Positions 16,547 through 24,670 of a stretch of 44,520 nucleotides of DNA are shown in pieces (within the stretch, counting starts at the first letter, position 1; every line of letters starts with the position of its first letter). The stretch comes from Phycisphaerales bacterium (GTDB lineage: Bacteria; Planctomycetota; Phycisphaerae; Phycisphaerales; SM1A02). The notes under the pieces are model-generated. The model did no database searches, had not been told where the DNA came from, and saw only the letters and a program-made list of their open reading frames with translations. The stretch is taken from assembly GCA_040401635.1 (NCBI GenBank), contig JBBAOD010000003.1, forward strand, positions 1 through 44,520. The letters are read 5' to 3'. The translations under genes were made by a program, and so were the position numbers.

Positions 16547-17788
16547 TCAGGGGGCAGCCGCAGCCGGCGCCGCGCCTGCCGCACCTGCACCTGCACCCTC
16601 CGCACCTGAGGCAGGCTTCGCGTCCGAACCTGCAGGCGTAGCGCCACTGGTTGGTGCCGGCATTGGTTGCGGTCGAATGGCGCGGCGTACCGCTTCGTCA
16701 GCTTGCATTCGTCGCTCGAGGTCAGTGATGCGTGCGCGCGCCCTCGACAATTCATCTTGCGTCGCCGGATCTGCAGCCGCCGCCGCTTTCGCCGCAGCGG
16801 CACTGCTTGCAGCGTTCGCGGATGCCTTGGCTGCCGCAGCCGTCGCTGCTGCACTTGCCGCTGCTGCAGCGGAGTTCGGTGCCGGCGCACTTGATGCACT
16901 TGCGGGAGCAACCGCGTCCACTTGTCCAACGGCGCGCAACATGTGCTTTGCTTCCCAAGGAATGAGCGTGACATCTGCTTCGCGCGTTTGACCAGCGCGA
17001 ACGACCATGAACTTCACATGTTCACCGGGAGCAGCGGCGCGAACCACCGCGCGAATGGCGTCCGGTGAAGCGTTGCTTGATCCATTGATCGCCACGATGA
17101 CATCGTGCGGCATAACGCCGGCTTGCTCAAGCGCGAGGCCAGGGATGACTTGCGCCACATAGGCGCAGTCCGCGCCGGAAGCGGTGGTGTGTTCAGCATG
17201 AAGATGCGCAAGGGCTGCCGGCGGTACTGCTTCGAGTCGACCACCAAGCATGGCCTTGGGTGCCGTCAGGGTGGCACCATCGCGCGTACGGTAGACGCCC
17301 GGCGCATCAACTTTCGTTCCGTGTTCTGGTGTCCAGGTATCTGGAATATCAAGGCGTTCAATCACTGTGCCTTGATCATTGATCACGGCCACATGATTTC
17401 CCTTGCGCACCACGTGGTCCGGCGGAACGGGCTGCGAATCCATGAAGACCTCAATGCGGTCGCCACTGAACGCCCGCAATTCCCAGCGATGCGCTTGTCC
17501 GTCGCGGGTTGGGCGTGTGTCGGTTGGGCTCTGCGCAACGGCGGTCGGTGTGTCGGCGGTCATCTGCTTCGGCGCGGCGGCAGGTCGTTCCACGGCCGTA
17601 GCGAGCTCATCCGCTGGCTCTGCGGCCGCAGTGGCAGCACCAGACTCACCGGGCACGCCAGAAACCGACGCAGCGCCTGATGTTTCCGCGCTTTCGGTGG
17701 CCACCGACGGCTCAGTTGGCTGCTCGGTGCTTGCGCAACCGGCGAGTGCGAGGGCAATGCAGCACGTTGAGATCAGGGGGGCGCGCAT
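16547..17788 (-). CDS. Lipoprotein with PDZ domain and Ala/Pro-rich low-complexity C-terminus
   Basis: Lipobox MRAPLISTCCIALALAG/CAS. PDZ-like segment YVAQVIPGLALEQAGVMPHDVIVAINGSSNASPDAIRAVVRAAAPGEHVKFMVVRAGQTREADVTL. Poly-Ala tail. Confidence 0.8.
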   Translation of the reverse strand: MRAPLISTCCIALALAGCASTEQPTEPSVATESAETSGAASVSGVPGESGAATAAAEPADELATAVERPAAAPKQMTADTPTAVAQSPTDTRPTRDGQAHRWELRAFSGDRIEVFMDSQPVPPDHVVRKGNHVAVINDQGTVIERLDIPDTWTPEHGTKVDAPGVYRTRDGATLTAPKAMLGGRLEAVPPAALAHLHAEHTTASGADCAYVAQVIPGLALEQAGVMPHDVIVAINGSSNASPDAIRAVVRAAAPGEHVKFMVVRAGQTREADVTLIPWEAKHMLRAVGQVDAVAPASASSAPAPNSAAAAASAAATAAAAKASANAASSAAAAKAAAAADPATQDELSRARARITDLERRMQADEAVRRAIRPQPMPAPTSGATPAGSDAKPASGAEGAGAGAAGAAPAAAAP

Positions 17789-17845
17789 AAGGAATCATGA
17801 TACAAGCATCATCGCAGCGACTATCTTCCTCCCTCGCTGAACCCC

Positions 17846-18364
17846 ATGGATCCCATGCTCCCCACGCTCTCCACGTCCTCCGCGCCTCTGAGGCTCCCCA
17901 TGCTGCTTGCTGTTGCGACCCTCATGCTCAGTGCATGCGGCGAACACGCCGGTCAGGACGTTGCAAGTGCTGGCGCCGGGGCCACCTGGCGCTGGCGCGC
18001 GGAGAAGATGGAAGTCAGTGCGCTCTCCACGCCCATGGTGGCTCGTACCGGGCGCGGATCCATGATCGACGCGCGCGTTGAGTTCTTCGACAGCGACCGC
18101 GACGAGACCAAGGCCGTTGGCCAACTCACCGTGGTGGTGCGCTTTGATAGCAAGGAAATTGGGCGCCAGTCCGCCGACCTGGCCGGAGTGGGCGGGCACG
18201 CCCGTGCCTGGGATTCAGTGACCGAGACCTACTCAATGCACATTCCGCTCACCATTGATCCGCTGCCCGGGCGCGTGGTGTTGTTGCAGGCGACGTTTGA
18301 AGGCGTTGATGGATCGCGGATGACGGCTTCGCGCGAGGTGCGCTGGCCGGAGACCGCGCGATGA
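17846..18364 (+). CDS. Hypothetical lipoprotein
   Basis: Lipobox LLAVATLMLSA/CGEH. ATGA overlap (18361-18364) with the downstream transporter gene. Confidence 0.6.
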   Translation: MDPMLPTLSTSSAPLRLPMLLAVATLMLSACGEHAGQDVASAGAGATWRWRAEKMEVSALSTPMVARTGRGSMIDARVEFFDSDRDETKAVGQLTVVVRFDSKEIGRQSADLAGVGGHARAWDSVTETYSMHIPLTIDPLPGRVVLLQATFEGVDGSRMTASREVRWPETAR

Positions 18365-19350
18365 CCAACGGTGCATCCTCGTCGGCTCCGCGCCGACTGG
18401 GGATATTCGCCGCTGATTCGCTCCTTCTGACGGCAGCATTGATCTGGGGCGTTACCTTTGTTGCGCAAAAATTTGCCACCGAACACATGGGGCCACTGCT
18501 CTTCACGGGCATTCGCTTTTCGATCGGCGCGGCCATACTTCTACCAATCGCACTGCCGCGCTTTCGACGCATTGCCGCCGGGCGGGCCCGTCGCAGCGCA
18601 CTGCTTGGGGGTTGCCTCGCCGGATTGGCCATGGCGCTCGGCAGCACCTTGCAACAAGTGGGGATGCATTCCACCAGCGTGAGTAACGCGGGGTTCATCA
18701 CTGGGCTGTACGTGATCATCGTGCCAATGCTCGGCCTTTTTGTTGGGCAGAGAGTCCGCTGGAACGTATGGATCGGCGCCATCTTGGCGGTGGCAGGGCT
18801 CTTCTATCTGAGCCTGTACGACCCATCCGGCAGCGCCACCGGAATTTCCATCAACGAAGGCGATGTGTGGGTGTTGGCATGTGCGCTCGCATGGAGTTTC
18901 CACGTACAGATCATTGGATGGGCGGCACCGGATATTGACCCGTTCGTCATCAGCGTGGTGCAGTTTGCGGTGACGGGAGCAACGGCATTGCTTGCATCAC
19001 AGATCATTGCGCATGGCTGGCCCACGGAGCCATGGGGCGCGCGCGAGGTCTTTGAACTGGGAGCGTTGCAAGCAGTGGCGTGGCCGCTCGCCTTTGCCGC
19101 GCTCCTCTCGACATGCATTGCATTCACATTGCAGACCGTGGCACAGGGCAGCGCGCCACCCGCGCACGCCGCCATCCTGTTGAGCTTGGAGAGCGTGTTT
19201 GCGGCGCTGGCCGAGGCAGTCTTTCTGGTGGCCGGGTGGACGAGCCTGGGCTCGCCAATGACGCGTTGGAAACTGGCCGGCTGCGCCTTGATGTTTGCAG
19301 GCGTGGTCTTGAGCCAATGGCGAATTCGGGCGCGCACGGCGGGCGCGTGA
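18361..19350 (+). CDS. DMT superfamily transporter (EamA/RhaT-like, 10 TM)
   Basis: Two EamA-like halves: LTAALIWGVTFVAQKFATEHMGPLLFTGIRFSIGAAILLPIAL, and a second repeat ending in a C-terminal hydrophobic region. Polytopic throughout. Confidence 0.85.
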   Translation: MTNGASSSAPRRLGIFAADSLLLTAALIWGVTFVAQKFATEHMGPLLFTGIRFSIGAAILLPIALPRFRRIAAGRARRSALLGGCLAGLAMALGSTLQQVGMHSTSVSNAGFITGLYVIIVPMLGLFVGQRVRWNVWIGAILAVAGLFYLSLYDPSGSATGISINEGDVWVLACALAWSFHVQIIGWAAPDIDPFVISVVQFAVTGATALLASQIIAHGWPTEPWGAREVFELGALQAVAWPLAFAALLSTCIAFTLQTVAQGSAPPAHAAILLSLESVFAALAEAVFLVAGWTSLGSPMTRWKLAGCALMFAGVVLSQWRIRARTAGA

Positions 19351-19379
19351 CGGCAGCAGGTTCCTATACTGCGCAGTCC

Positions 19380-19640
19380 ATGTCCCTTGAAATGTCAGCA
19401 TTCCCCGCCGGAACACGCATCCGGGTTACTCAGCAGCTGCCCGCGGTGCGCCACGTCAGCACCACCACCATTGAGGGCACGGTGCTTCGTTACCGCCAGT
19501 CCGAGACCGGGAGTTGGTTTGCGCACAGCCAGCACGATCGCCTCTGGCTTGATCGGTTGGAGATTCAAATGGACGACGGCGAGATCACGGTACTGAACCT
19601 TGATCAGTACACGGTGATTGCACCGAGCGATCAGGCTTAG
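19380..19640 (+). CDS. Small hypothetical protein (86 aa)
   Basis: Internal ATG of track ORF 19080-19640, which would otherwise overlap the EamA gene. Sequence MSLEMSAFPAGTRIRVTQQLP...LDRLEIQMDDGEITVLNLDQYTVIAP looks like a small beta-rich protein. Its stop codon overlaps the convergent M16 stop. Confidence 0.5.
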   Translation: MSLEMSAFPAGTRIRVTQQLPAVRHVSTTTIEGTVLRYRQSETGSWFAHSQHDRLWLDRLEIQMDDGEITVLNLDQYTVIAPSDQA

Positions 19641-20884
19641 CCCACCAATCGTGGCGCAACCGTCACTTGTGTTCGGCCTGCGCGCCAAGCGGCGCCCATG
19701 TCACGCGCGATGTACTCGTTGACACCAGCCAGGGTCAGTCGATCAAACTCTGCCGCGCTTTGGGCGAGGTCCATCGCCTCCCCAAGACGCCACAATTGTG
19801 ACGCAATGGTGGCAGCCCGAGCGCTGGAACTTTCGCCGCTCATGATCAGGCCCGCCTTGGCACCCACCAGGGCATCGCGGAATTCATCAGCAGTGATTCC
19901 CTGCTCGAATCGCTCCAGTTCGTGCATGATGCATTCCAAGGTGCGCGGGGCGCGTTCGTGGGTGCTGCCGGCATAGACCTGCACCAACCCGCGGTCACGA
20001 CCAAGTGCCGATGAGGCGCCGACCGAATAGCAGAGACCGCGCTTCTCGCGCACTTCGGTGAAGAGGCGGCTGCTACTTGCGCCGCCCAAGATTCGGATAG
20101 CCACGCGATGGGCGTGGGCATCGGCGTCCCGGTCAGGCGGGGCATCGAAGCCAATGGCGAGGTGGGTCTGTTGGGTATCAAGCTGCACCAAATGCGATCC
20201 GCGCAGGGCAGGGCGGGTCTCAACGGGGTCCTCAGTGGAGCCGCTCCAGCCCTCAAGCAGGCGTTCCACCATGTCCCGAGCGCGTTCGGGCTCAATATCG
20301 CCGGCCATGCCGATCACCGTGCCACCCGGACGGGCGCGGCGCGACCACGCGGCGCGAATTTTGTCCTGGGTGAGGGACTGCAGCCCAGCAACGGTTCCGT
20401 AGCCACTGCGATTAAACGGAGCCGGCATCGCAAACTCGCGCAGACGGACGCCGGCAAGATGTTGCGGCTCATCTTCCAACCCATTCAGGGCTTGTAGCGC
20501 AATGGCGCGTACGGATTCCAGGGCGTCCGCGTCAAGGTGCGGCTGTCGAACCACCAAGGAAAGTAGGCGCATTGCCTCTTCGATGCGTTCGCCCATGCAT
20601 AGCGTGGAGAGCAAGGTGTGATGGACCGCGGCTGCGCCATGGCGTTGCGCACCGAGTGCATCGAACGCATCAGAGATATCGCGGCTTGATTTACCTGCGG
20701 CGCCGCGCAGGATGAGTTCCGAGAGGACAGTGGCCTCCCCCTCACCGGCCTCACCCTCTGGATCACTCGCTGTTCCGACTGGCAACATCCAGACCGCGGC
20801 GCAACTGCGGGTGCCGGGCATGCGCTCCACTACGAGGCGGGCGCCCGAGGCAAGCGTGTACCAACGAAGAAGGTCAGTAGCCAT
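19637..20884 (-). CDS. M16 (pitrilysin/insulinase) family protein, probably non-catalytic
   Basis: M16 fold length and pattern (YTLASGARLVVERMPGTRSCAVWM.PVGTASDP..). The HxxEH zinc motif position reads TVLSELILRGA, so both His are absent. Confidence 0.8.
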   Translation of the reverse strand: MATDLLRWYTLASGARLVVERMPGTRSCAAVWMLPVGTASDPEGEAGEGEATVLSELILRGAAGKSSRDISDAFDALGAQRHGAAAVHHTLLSTLCMGERIEEAMRLLSLVVRQPHLDADALESVRAIALQALNGLEDEPQHLAGVRLREFAMPAPFNRSGYGTVAGLQSLTQDKIRAAWSRRARPGGTVIGMAGDIEPERARDMVERLLEGWSGSTEDPVETRPALRGSHLVQLDTQQTHLAIGFDAPPDRDADAHAHRVAIRILGGASSSRLFTEVREKRGLCYSVGASSALGRDRGLVQVYAGSTHERAPRTLECIMHELERFEQGITADEFRDALVGAKAGLIMSGESSSARAATIASQLWRLGEAMDLAQSAAEFDRLTLAGVNEYIARDMGAAWRAGRTQVTVAPRLVG

Positions 20885-20947
20885 GTGGGGATGAAGGGTA
20901 GCAGCGAAGGGGTTCGAGCGGCTGATGTTTGCGGGCGGATGGGTCAG

Positions 20948-21688
20948 TCAATCGCGCGCAAAGTCGGCAAACCACTCGTCGGTCACATGCATTCCCACCG
21001 GTTGTTGTGCTAACCAGCGTGCCATACGCAGTGCGCCCAGTGCAAAGAGGTCACGGCTGGTGGCGGAGTGAGTGATCATGATTCTTTCGCCGGGACCACT
21101 GAATGCCACCACGTGTTCACCAACCACGTCGCCAGCACGAATAGCATGAATCCTAGATGGATTAAGGGGCTTTCCTGTACCAGCGGTCACTGCCGCGGCC
21201 AGGCTCAGTGCGGTTCCACTGGGTGCATCAAGTTTGCGTACGTGATGCGTTTCCGTGATGTCAATATCAAATTCAGGCAGTAGTCGCGCTGCATCCGTTA
21301 CCAGTTTGCGGGTCACCGCAACCCCCAACGAAGTGTTGGCGGCCACCATCGCCGGCACCCGTGCGGATGCACGTTGGATCGCATCACGTGACGCCTGCGA
21401 TAGTCCAGTGGTTCCCACCAGGAGCGCGCATCCCAGCGTGGTTGCAGCCTGCGCGGCGCGCATGGCACCGTCGTCGCTTGAAAAATCAATGACCACGTCG
21501 GAGCCGCCAGGCAGAACTTCTAACTGGTTGTCGCGGTCGATCGATTGCGCGATCAGGTATCCACGTTCGGATGAGATGCACCCCAAGAGGCGTTGACCCA
21601 TCCTTCCGAGGGCTCCATGCAAGACAATACGCAGTGGACGCAAAGAATCTTCAGCAACCGAAGAGAGGGATGACTGAGTGGTCGTCAT
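20948..21688 (-). CDS. dapB: 4-hydroxy-tetrahydrodipicolinate reductase
   Basis: LRIVLHGALGRMGQRLL Rossmann start and the diagnostic ETHHVRKLDAPSGTAL motif. Start placed at MTTTQ (ATG at 21686-21688) rather than the upstream track start. Confidence 0.9.
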   Translation of the reverse strand: MTTTQSSLSSVAEDSLRPLRIVLHGALGRMGQRLLGCISSERGYLIAQSIDRDNQLEVLPGGSDVVIDFSSDDGAMRAAQAATTLGCALLVGTTGLSQASRDAIQRASARVPAMVAANTSLGVAVTRKLVTDAARLLPEFDIDITETHHVRKLDAPSGTALSLAAAVTAGTGKPLNPSRIHAIRAGDVVGEHVVAFSGPGERIMITHSATSRDLFALGALRMARWLAQQPVGMHVTDEWFADFARD

Positions 21689-21840
21689 GGGTGCATTCTC
21701 TGCAAAGGGCGCGTGATTTGCTCGGGAATTCTCGATGAATCTGTGCACTTGCAGTGATTTGCAGTTCACCCTGTAGCAGCACGAAGGGGTGCATCAAGTG
21801 CACTTTCAAAGAAATCTTAGAAAAATTCTTCTCAACCCCC

Positions 21841-21869
21841 TTCACAGGCTGTGCCGATACAGGTATTAA
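21841..21869 (+). promoter_or_regulatory. Sigma70-like promoter for the Lys-rich micro-ORF
   Basis: TTCACA (21841-21846), a 17-nt spacer, then TATTAA (21864-21869). It lies in an unusually AT-rich stretch between divergent genes. Confidence 0.4.
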
Positions 21870-21947
21870 TAACAAGCGTTCAGGAGCCGAGTTACGCGGG
21901 CCTCTGATCACTCCGACCCGTACGCGTAACACAAAGGGAGCCAAACC

Positions 21948-22013
21948 ATGGCCAAGAAGAAGAAGGCTGCCAAGAAGGTAGCTAAGAAGACCGCGAAGAA
22001 GAAGAGCAAGTAA
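21948..22013 (+). CDS. 21-aa highly basic Lys/Ala-rich peptide (MAKKKKAAKKVAKKTAKKKSK)
   Basis: ATG preceded by AAGGGAG (21934-21940) at SD distance. TAA stop at 22011-22013. A perfect intrinsic terminator starts 20 nt downstream. Too short for the ORF track. Confidence 0.55.
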   Translation: MAKKKKAAKKVAKKTAKKKSK

Positions 22014-22033
22014 ATCTGCTCGACCGGACAATA

Positions 22034-22071
22034 CCAGCAGGGCCGGCGAGAGCCGGCCCTGCTGGTTTTTT
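22034..22071 (+). terminator. Rho-independent terminator
   Basis: Perfect 14-bp stem ccagcagggccggc-gaga-gccggccctgctgg followed by tttttt. Confidence 0.85.
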
Positions 22072-22232
22072 CATTACCACACGTGAATACTGCAGATTCA
22101 CCCGCCCGATTTACCCTTCAGATTCGCCCCGAAATCGACCCCCTTTGGAACTTCTGGTTCCGTCATCCCTGTGGGTCTTTGTCGCGCTAGGATTCTGACC
22201 CCCGCCGCGCACGGCGGTTTCAGAGAGAACCT

Positions 22233-22499
22233 ATGGCACACATCATCGCTGAACCCTGCATCGGAACGAAGGACGCCGCCTGTGTCGAGGTCTGCCCAGT
22301 GGATTGCATCCACCCCGGCAAGAACGAGGGCGATTTCGGTAAAGCAAGCCAACTCTTCATCGATCCAGACACGTGCATCGATTGCGGACTGTGCGTCGAT
22401 GAGTGCCCCGTTCATGCCATCTATCCGCAGGAAGACCTTCCTTCGGAGTGGACCAAGTACATCCAGATTAATGCGGACTTCTTCAAGACCCAGAAGTGA
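22233..22499 (+). CDS. fdxA: Ferredoxin, 7Fe-type ([3Fe-4S][4Fe-4S]) FdxA-like
   Basis: MAHIIAEPCIGTKDAACVEVCPVDCIHPG ... DPDTCIDCGLCVDECPVHAIY shows the Cys spacing typical of FdxA-type ferredoxins. Confidence 0.9.
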   Translation: MAHIIAEPCIGTKDAACVEVCPVDCIHPGKNEGDFGKASQLFIDPDTCIDCGLCVDECPVHAIYPQEDLPSEWTKYIQINADFFKTQK

Positions 22500-22555
22500 C
22501 GGATCGCGGCGGCTGTCGGAGCCGCACACGCGCCCGCATTGATGGACTTCCGAAC

Positions 22556-22599
22556 AACGACGCGCGCCGCAGATTGCGGCACGCGTCGTTTGTTCTTTT
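22556..22599 (+). terminator. Rho-independent terminator after the ferredoxin gene
   Basis: 15-bp stem aacgacgcgcgccgc-agatt-gcggcacgcgtcgtt (one C/A mismatch) followed by tgttctttt. Confidence 0.6.
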
Positions 22600-22655
22600 G
22601 GATGGACTATTGACCGGATCGCCCTGATCGCCCGACGCAGGGTATTCCTGCGCCT

Positions 22656-23078
22656 CTACTCCTCGCGCTGCTCGGCTGGCTTGTTCACGCCGCTTGGAAC
22701 GTTGCCCTTCTCGGTCCAGTCAGTGGCGCGGCTACCCAAGTTGAGTTCGCTGGGCATGGTCTTTCGGTATCCGAGCTTGCGGATGATCTCAAGGACATCG
22801 GTCCACGAAGGAAACGTCTTGTGATTCACGCGCTTGAATGCATCAATGGCCAGGAGGAACAGGTACTGCTCCCGGTTCATTTCGCCTTCTTCAGCGGTCT
22901 TGACGAAGTCCGTCAGACGGCGTCCAGGGCCGCGGCGGCGTTCAAGATTGGTTGGATCGGTGGATAGATCGCGGCGGTCAATACCAACCCGTCGGTCCAC
23001 CACCTCCTGCGCCGGAGCATCGACGTGATCAGGGGTCTGAGCGGGGTCGCGTGGCTTGCGTCGATCTTCAGGAGTCAT
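22656..23078 (-). CDS. Hypothetical Arg-rich protein (DRR/ERRR motifs plus a helical C-terminal domain)
   Basis: Start placed at MTPEDRRK (ATG at 23076-23078). Contains VDRRVGIDRRDLSTDPTNLERRRGPGRR, then NREQYLFLLAIDAFKRVNHKTFPSWTDVLEIIRKLGYRK. No family recognised. Confidence 0.55.
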   Translation of the reverse strand: MTPEDRRKPRDPAQTPDHVDAPAQEVVDRRVGIDRRDLSTDPTNLERRRGPGRRLTDFVKTAEEGEMNREQYLFLLAIDAFKRVNHKTFPSWTDVLEIIRKLGYRKTMPSELNLGSRATDWTEKGNVPSGVNKPAEQREE

Positions 23079-23113
23079 GATCAAAGTGTAACCATCCGGC
23101 TTCAGGGATTTGC

Positions 23114-24643
23114 GTGGATACGATGCGGCCAATGCATTCGGACCCCTCGATGCGACCTGCCACCACTCGCTCCACTGTGATTGCCCGCATTGCGGCCGTT
23201 ACTGCCGTCATCGCGGTTGCCTTTGCCGCCGCTTCGGGCGCGGAGGCGATGCAGTCGCCACCCGCCGTTGCGACCCCAGCCCCGACACAGGCGCCGGTCA
23301 CTGCCACGGCAGCGCTTCCGCGCATTCTGGTCTTCAGCCGCACCGCCGGTTTCCGGCACGCTTCCATTCCTGATGGCATTCGCGCAGTGACGGAACTTGG
23401 GGCGGGGCGTTGGACCGTGGATGCAACCGAAGACTCGTCCGTATTTACTGCCGCCAATTTAAAGAACTATCGCGCGGTTGTGTTCCTGTCCACCACTGGC
23501 GATGTGCTTGACGACGCGCAACAGAAGGCGTTTGAGCAGTACATCCACGCCGGTGGCGCGTGGGTTGGAGTGCACGCCGCATCGGATACCGAATACGACT
23601 GGCCGTGGTACGGCCGATTGGCGGGTGCGTGGTTTGTCGGACATCCAGCCGTCAATCAAGAGGCGACCGTCGTTGTTGAGGATCGGACGCATCCCAGTAC
23701 CCGCATGTTGCCCGCGGAGTGGAAGCGACTGGACGAGTGGTACGCATTCCGAACAAATCCACGCAGCACTGTGCATGTCTTGGCATCGCTTGATGAGAAG
23801 AGTTACAACCCAGGCAAGGCATCCATGGGTGGCGATCATCCAATCATGTGGTACCAAGACTTTGAGGGCGGGCGCGCTTGGTACACGGCCGGCGGGCACA
23901 CCAAGGAGAGTTACACCGAACCGCTCTTTCGGCAGCATCTGCGCGAGGGCATCGCATGGGCAGCAGGCATTGCGGATGCCAAGGCAGTTCCTGTTGCGGC
24001 GCCTGCCAAGGCTGGGGATGCAAAGGCTGGGGACGCAAAGGCTGGGAATGCCACGGCACCTGTGCCGGCTCCCAAGCCAGCCGCACAACTCATGCAGTCA
24101 ACGCGCGCACACAGCGTGCTTGCGGACGCCTCACCCATGCTGGCAGCGATTCCCACATGGCTTGCATTGGGCGGCGCATTCTTGGTGGCAGCGATCATCT
24201 TGGGCGCAAGCGGCCAGGGCGTCAAGGGTCCAGTACTGAACTGGGCATTCCCAGGGCTTGGGCACGTGGTGCTTGGACACCGCAAGCGCGGATTCTTAGC
24301 GATGGCGGCCATTCTGGGAATGTTCGGCTGCGGGCTTCTCATTGGCGGCATTGATGCCGTTGACAGTGTTGAGGACGCGCCGTGGTTCATTGCCCAAAGT
24401 GGCAACGGACCGATCGCCCTCGCCGCGGACTGGGCGAATCAGAACATTCTGAAGACCGGCAAGGTTGGGGAACTCTTGCCCGCGCCAGCGCCGCTTGATC
24501 CGCTGGGCCGCCCGCTGCCAGGTCAGCACACGGTGTCATCGTTTAAAAGCTTGGGTTCGGCCAATGAATTTGGAACGCTGTTCATTGCGCTTGGCGGCTT
24601 GATGAATTTCATTCTGATCATGGACATCAGTCGCCGCGATTGA
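23114..24643 (+). CDS. Secreted ThuA-domain protein fused to an AKAGD repeat linker and a C-terminal membrane domain
   Basis: Signal peptide ending AASGAEA. ThuA-like core LPRILVFSRTAGFRHASIPDGI...VFLSTTGDVL...GGAWVGVHAASDT...GDHPIMWYQDFEGGRAWYTAGGH. Three AKAGD copies at 24005-24049. TM segments with the PGLGHVVLGHRKRGF motif. GTG start; alternative ATG at 23123. Confidence 0.8.
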   Translation: MDTMRPMHSDPSMRPATTRSTVIARIAAVTAVIAVAFAAASGAEAMQSPPAVATPAPTQAPVTATAALPRILVFSRTAGFRHASIPDGIRAVTELGAGRWTVDATEDSSVFTAANLKNYRAVVFLSTTGDVLDDAQQKAFEQYIHAGGAWVGVHAASDTEYDWPWYGRLAGAWFVGHPAVNQEATVVVEDRTHPSTRMLPAEWKRLDEWYAFRTNPRSTVHVLASLDEKSYNPGKASMGGDHPIMWYQDFEGGRAWYTAGGHTKESYTEPLFRQHLREGIAWAAGIADAKAVPVAAPAKAGDAKAGDAKAGNATAPVPAPKPAAQLMQSTRAHSVLADASPMLAAIPTWLALGGAFLVAAIILGASGQGVKGPVLNWAFPGLGHVVLGHRKRGFLAMAAILGMFGCGLLIGGIDAVDSVEDAPWFIAQSGNGPIALAADWANQNILKTGKVGELLPAPAPLDPLGRPLPGQHTVSSFKSLGSANEFGTLFIALGGLMNFILIMDISRRD

Positions 24644-24670
24644 ATGGCGGCGCCAACACCCGGCACTCAC

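Noticed and set aside
16395-16991. 198-aa Ala-rich plus-strand ORF that overlaps the tRNA and the PDZ lipoprotein gene.
   Set aside because: It is antisense to the poly-Ala tail of a gene with a lipobox and PDZ domain, and it would run through the tRNA-Gln. It mirrors GCN-rich codons.
19080-19379. 100-codon upstream extension of the small 19380-19640 gene.
   Set aside because: It overlaps the 3' end of the EamA transporter gene in another frame and reads as Arg/Gly-rich noise. The internal ATG at 19380 gives a compact protein just after the EamA stop.
24005-24049. Short tandem DNA repeats here, plus the Pro/Ala-coding repeats at 9873-10050 and the Ala-coding tract at 16560-16950, considered as a possible CRISPR array or satellite.
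   Set aside because: All are in frame inside coding regions and encode low-complexity linkers. There is no repeat-spacer architecture and there are no cas genes.
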